A stretch of DNA of 32,000 nucleotides, from positions 19,122-51,121 of the forward strand of contig NZ_QAFW01000008.1 in the NCBI RefSeq assembly GCF_003057615.1, written 5' to 3'. The number at the start of each line of letters is the position of its first letter. Within the stretch, counting starts at the first letter, position 1. The stretch is from Metalysinibacillus jejuensis (GTDB taxonomy: Bacteria > Bacillota > Bacilli > Bacillales_A > Planococcaceae). The notes below the pieces were generated by a model. It searched no databases. It had not been told where the DNA came from and saw only the letters and a list, made by a program, of their open reading frames with translations. Below, piece after piece: positions 27,827-32,000 of the stretch. A program made the translations under genes and the position numbers.

Positions 27827-30800
27827 TCATAAAGTATCAATTTCTAACTCGATTTCTTCTTCTGGCCTTGCTGCGCCAAGTATTGCCAATTGATTTGTAA
27901 GAAGTGCTTTATATTCTTGAACAGTCATTACTTTGTTTTTAATTTGAAAATTTATTTTTCGAGGTTTCTTAGGAACTGGTTGTCCTTCATCCTCACCTTC
28001 TTGCTCTCGCTGAGGTGCTTCTGAAACAAAACTATTTTCAATACCAAACAGATCCTGTTCCTTCAATCGAACTAATTGAATATAGTTAAGTATATCTGAT
28101 AAGGAATATCCACTTTTTTCACAGCTTATCGTTTGATTTAAAATAGGATCATTAATAATTCGTTCCATACAGTAACGCTTAAGCTCATTTAATTTTTTCT
28201 GATTACTATGATTCAATTCAGCTGGGTGACTTTCTAATTTTTTTAATGCAGCATCAACTTTTCCATTTAACATTTGATACTCGAAAGTCATATTAGTTGT
28301 CGCTTTTTTCATCATTTTATAATAGTTATCTTTAACAATTTGAACTTGTTCTTGCATACTACTGAAGTTTTTAACCATGTTTTGGTTGTATAGTCTATTA
28401 AATTCTTCTGTTGCATCCTCAATAAGGACTTCTGATTGATTCGCTTTTTTAAGTTCATTTGTAACATCTTCTACAAACCTTTTAAATGCTTGCACCTTCG
28501 AAAAGTTCTTTTTAATAAATTTTTGAGCCTTTTCTATTGTTTTGATTGCTTCTGAGAATTCATCTCTATTAGCAAGAAAATACTCCGCTCGATCAATGTA
28601 ATTGTTTTCTGTCATTTTCCCAGTGAAACCCTGTAAAACTATTCTTTGCTGAGCCACGATAGGGAATAGAGTCCCGAATTCATTCACTGTATTTTCTAAT
28701 TCAGATATCTTACCTAAAAATTTATCAGCAAACTTCCCAATACTTTCTGCCAACTGAAAATCATTCGTATTCCAATCAATTTTTTCGTTAAGATAAGTAT
28801 CAATTTCAAGATCCAGTAGCTCTTGAACAATTTCATTTTTTTGATTAGAAGAAAGTGTAGCTGTAAGAGATTTAAATGATGCTGATCTGAACCTTGTAGC
28901 ATTTGTAAATGCTTCATGTACTGCCAAATGTTCATGAGAAAGCCATGTTTCACCATTATATTTAACAGATAGACGTCCCGATCTAAATAATACTGCTAAT
29001 GTAGATACAATCGTTCCAAATGAATAACCCCATGGTGCGCCTGAAAAATCTGTATCAAGAGTACGACCATCCACGTATCGACTTTTTATTTGATTATTAA
29101 TTTCTTCAACAACCTTTAAATTTTCACCAATAAAATTCCCATGAGTGTCGAAAAACTTAAAATCGTTAGTTGAAAATAATTTACTAAGTTCTTCTTTTTG
29201 ACTCTTGAAAATTTTAGGAACTAAAGCTTCAGCAAGTCCAGAAGATAATTTTTTTGTGAAGATATTTTTTATCATCTTATTTTGGTTTTCATTCACAATA
29301 GATTTAAAATTGGTCTCATTTAACGTGTAATCATCAAACATATAAACCAAAGTAGCATGATTATAAGCATGTTCAATTTTTAACAATAAATCTTTTTCTT
29401 TTTCTTCACGAATTATTGAAAAATCACGAATAATCTTACGTATATTAGCATCTGAATCATTAGCATATTTATCTTCTATAAATGTATATTTACTAATCTC
29501 ATCAATTAATTTATCAATCTTTTTAAACTCAACATTTTCCGGGATTAGTGTAATACAATCTTTTTGATATTGAGTGTCCATCTTAATGTTCTCAATAAAA
29601 TCCTGTCTGTCTTCGTTAATATTATACAAACTATAAACTTTTAATTTTAAATCCTTGTTATTAACACTCACTAATTCATCATCTTGGTCTGAATTTATGC
29701 TGAATTTAAAATTATCCGAGCTTACATTCAATGAAGAAATAGAAGTAAATAATTTTTCCTTTTTTAAATAGTTAATTAGTGCTTGTTTTTTATTATGTAG
29801 TGGCACATCAAAGCCATTCATTTCTTCAAGGAGTTTTGTTTCAAGTTCAGATGTGATTTTGTAATTATTGTTTGATAATAACAACACTTTAGAATCCACT
29901 AAACATGTAAGCGCTTCTTCAATAATAGGTTTCGTCTCATAGTACATGTTAATATCAGAAATATAACTTTTTGTTATACTTTCTACTGTAGGAAAAATGA
30001 TAGCTGAATTATCTAAAAGGTGGATTGTCTTCAGTAATTCCCCTCCGTCTATTGGGCTGCTTTGCAATATTTTCTTTGCAGAATCATATTTATTTACTAA
30101 TCCAGAGTCTGGAGATGTTTGTGCCTCATTACATATCGAGTAACCTGTAGCAAAATTAAAAAGACTTTCATCTCTTATTTGTCTTTTAAGAATGTCAAAT
30201 GTTGTTATAATCATTCCGCGTGCTGCACTTTGTGTAGCAACTAATGCATTAGAACTGAATAAAAACTTTTGTAAAATATCAAATTGATACTTGTGAAAAG
30301 GATAATAGATTGAAAATTCTTCTGCATTTTCTGTTTTAGTTGGAAAATTCGATTTTAAATTAGTCGCATCTGATATTAACCCTTCATTATTACTATAGTA
30401 TTCTAGTAATTGTTGCTCACCTATTTCTGTTTTTTGAAGAAGACGATGGCGAATAATAACATCAACTTCTGTTGCTTCTAAATGAATTTTTGTCTTAAAG
30501 CGATCTGTTACTTTTGTCAGCTGGTTCTTACTTACATTTGCACTATTTATAACATCATCCAATTTTTCCTGTGCGATAGCGATTGTCCAAACCTTTTTCT
30601 CAATACTAGAAAGCATTTCACTTATTCCTTCCAAATCAAGTAAAGTAAACTTTCTCTGACTAATCGCTTCACTAGCTTCATCAAATATAAATACAAGCGT
30701 TTCATCCTGTTGGAAATTCAAGTATCTTTCCAAAACATTTTTAAATTTACTAGCTGAAAAATCTTTTATAGCATTTTCGTAAACTTTACGTGTTTCTTCA

Positions 30801-31441
30801 TACTCAATTTCACTGTAACCCATTTCAATAAAAACTTTTCTCATAACTTTTGCTACTGTACGGTTGCTTGTTTTTAACTGATCCCATTCTTGTCCCTCAA
30901 GAGACTTCGTTTTTATTTTAAATTCATCAAGCTTTCCATCAACAAAAAGGTCATATTCCATATATCCATAGATATCATCACGGAATCCGAGGTTTTTCAA
31001 CAAGTTCGCAAAAAGAGTAAATGCTAAGCCATTGTCTGTATTCTGTTTGGCAATATCGAGAAAAACAACTCTGCAATTAATCGAGTCCAAATTTCGAATA
31101 GAGTTTTCAATAAGGCTTTCATCCTTTATACCTTTAAGTCGTGGAATAAATCGATCTCTTGCACTCGTTCCGTTAATCATAGGATTACCGATGATATAAC
31201 CAATTATTTTACCAAAATACGACTTACCGGAACCATAAAACCCGGACAACCAAACACCTGTTTCTTTTATATTTGAAGTAAATTGATTCGTAAAATTATA
31301 GAGATGTTCACCAATCCCTTCTGTAACAATGTAGGATTCAATTTCTGTTTGAATTTCTGTTTCTGATCGGTCTTCAAGATCAATTACACTTTTTATATCT
31401 TCTTGAAAATTAATCGTTAATATTTCGTTTATTTTTTTCAT
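27827..31441 (-). CDS. brxC: BREX P-loop ATPase BrxC
   Basis: Walker A GFYGSGKSYFGK near the N-terminus. 1204 aa. Positioned between brxB and pglX. Confidence 0.88.
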   Translation of the reverse strand: MKKINEILTINFQEDIKSVIDLEDRSETEIQTEIESYIVTEGIGEHLYNFTNQFTSNIKETGVWLSGFYGSGKSYFGKIIGYIIGNPMINGTSARDRFIPRLKGIKDESLIENSIRNLDSINCRVVFLDIAKQNTDNGLAFTLFANLLKNLGFRDDIYGYMEYDLFVDGKLDEFKIKTKSLEGQEWDQLKTSNRTVAKVMRKVFIEMGYSEIEYEETRKVYENAIKDFSASKFKNVLERYLNFQQDETLVFIFDEASEAISQRKFTLLDLEGISEMLSSIEKKVWTIAIAQEKLDDVINSANVSKNQLTKVTDRFKTKIHLEATEVDVIIRHRLLQKTEIGEQQLLEYYSNNEGLISDATNLKSNFPTKTENAEEFSIYYPFHKYQFDILQKFLFSSNALVATQSAARGMIITTFDILKRQIRDESLFNFATGYSICNEAQTSPDSGLVNKYDSAKKILQSSPIDGGELLKTIHLLDNSAIIFPTVESITKSYISDINMYYETKPIIEEALTCLVDSKVLLLSNNNYKITSELETKLLEEMNGFDVPLHNKKQALINYLKKEKLFTSISSLNVSSDNFKFSINSDQDDELVSVNNKDLKLKVYSLYNINEDRQDFIENIKMDTQYQKDCITLIPENVEFKKIDKLIDEISKYTFIEDKYANDSDANIRKIIRDFSIIREEKEKDLLLKIEHAYNHATLVYMFDDYTLNETNFKSIVNENQNKMIKNIFTKKLSSGLAEALVPKIFKSQKEELSKLFSTNDFKFFDTHGNFIGENLKVVEEINNQIKSRYVDGRTLDTDFSGAPWGYSFGTIVSTLAVLFRSGRLSVKYNGETWLSHEHLAVHEAFTNATRFRSASFKSLTATLSSNQKNEIVQELLDLEIDTYLNEKIDWNTNDFQLAESIGKFADKFLGKISELENTVNEFGTLFPIVAQQRIVLQGFTGKMTENNYIDRAEYFLANRDEFSEAIKTIEKAQKFIKKNFSKVQAFKRFVEDVTNELKKANQSEVLIEDATEEFNRLYNQNMVKNFSSMQEQVQIVKDNYYKMMKKATTNMTFEYQMLNGKVDAALKKLESHPAELNHSNQKKLNELKRYCMERIINDPILNQTISCEKSGYSLSDILNYIQLVRLKEQDLFGIENSFVSEAPQREQEGEDEGQPVPKKPRKINFQIKNKVMTVQEYKALLTNQLAILGAARPEEEIELEIDTL

Positions 31442-31451
31442 ATAGCTTCCC

Positions 31452-32000
31452 TCATTTCACTAATACGCAACGATATTTCGAAGCAGGTTTATAATTTAAA
31501 AAATACATATTATCATTTTCAATTTTTGATGGGTAAAATATCACAAGAGGACGTTCCATTTTCATTATGCTTTTGTGCTCCATAATATTTACATTTTCAA
31601 TTCCAGTCCCTAACAAACAACCTGTCCTAATTAAAATAGGAACTTTATTTTTGTTATTAACTCTATCGATTTCACTTATAATTAGGTCGAATAAATCCGT
31701 TTCAGGATCATCTGAGTGAAAAACTAAGTGCGGTGTACTCTTGAAGTCATTATATAAAGCTTCAAATGATTCCCAGCCTTCTTGATCTATATATTGAACG
31801 AACAACTTACTGATGTCGATGAATTCTGCTTTCTCAGCAAATAACTCCTTTGCTTTTTGAATGTACAATTCCTCATCAATAGGCGAGTAGGAAAATAAAA
31901 TGCTATTTCCTCCGTTTGCTTCACGAAGAAGGTGATCCTGACTATCAATATGATGTTTCAAATCGGTAAACTTCTTCTTATGATTAATTATATAAGTCAT
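31452..32000 (-). CDS. brxB: BREX protein BrxB (DUF1788-like); the start codon coincides with the window edge
   Basis: 182-aa ORF immediately upstream of brxC, with the size and position of BrxB. ATG occupies 32000-31998, so it cannot be excluded that the ORF extends beyond the window. Confidence 0.75.
   Translation of the reverse strand: MTYIINHKKKFTDLKHHIDSQDHLLREANGGNSILFSYSPIDEELYIQKAKELFAEKAEFIDISKLFVQYIDQEGWESFEALYNDFKSTPHLVFHSDDPETDLFDLIISEIDRVNNKNKVPILIRTGCLLGTGIENVNIMEHKSIMKMERPLVIFYPSKIENDNMYFLNYKPASKYRCVLVK

Noticed and set aside
23954-28956. Short ORFs on either strand within the BREX genes (e.g. 23954..24268, 24153..24335, 24579..24806, 24757..25014, 26286..26558, 27384..27626, 28714..28956)
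   Set aside because: They are nested in or antisense to pglZ, pglX and brxC. They have no independent support and are out-of-frame shadows of AT-rich genes.
1-32000. CRISPR arrays, tRNA or rRNA genes, riboswitches
   Set aside because: I found no regularly spaced direct repeats, no cloverleaf-like or rRNA-like segments, and no recognisable riboswitch cores in the intergenic regions on visual inspection. A proper Infernal/tRNAscan run was not possible.

Overview
This looks like a chromosomal segment from a low-GC Firmicute (Bacillales-like, judged from argG/argH, SD-type ribosome-binding sites and sigma-A-like promoters). The housekeeping argG-argH operon (16.9-19.4 kb) has visibly AT-rich defence DNA on both sides.

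Right side (19.7-32.0 kb, minus strand): a canonical type 1 BREX operon, brxB-brxC-pglX-pglZ-brxL. brxA would lie beyond the window edge.

Left side (0-9.7 kb):
- A MutH/Sau3AI-like restriction endonuclease (5'-truncated by the window) followed by a cytosine-5 DNA methyltransferase.
- Converging on that pair, a tightly overlapping four-gene operon on the minus strand: two proteins with no recognisable motifs (about 304 and 519 aa), a DrmA-like DExH helicase (1186 aa) and a DrmB-like DUF1998 zinc-cluster protein (about 632 aa).

This operon is DISARM-related but non-canonical, and it is my main candidate for an undescribed or variant defence system. It has no PLD nuclease (DrmC), no SNF2 (DrmD) and no same-strand methylase.

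Middle region (9.9-16.7 kb), mostly ordinary or decayed content:
- an HNH endonuclease with an unknown N-terminal domain;
- a tnpB-only IS200/IS605 element that has replaced the 3' end of an XRE-family regulator gene;
- about 650 bp of hairpin-rich non-coding DNA containing a second IS605-like end motif;
- small membrane and lipoprotein genes;
- an IS1595-family element whose transposase carries an in-frame TAA.

I recognised no rRNA, tRNA or CRISPR array. All family assignments rest on motif recognition by eye; no database search was possible.
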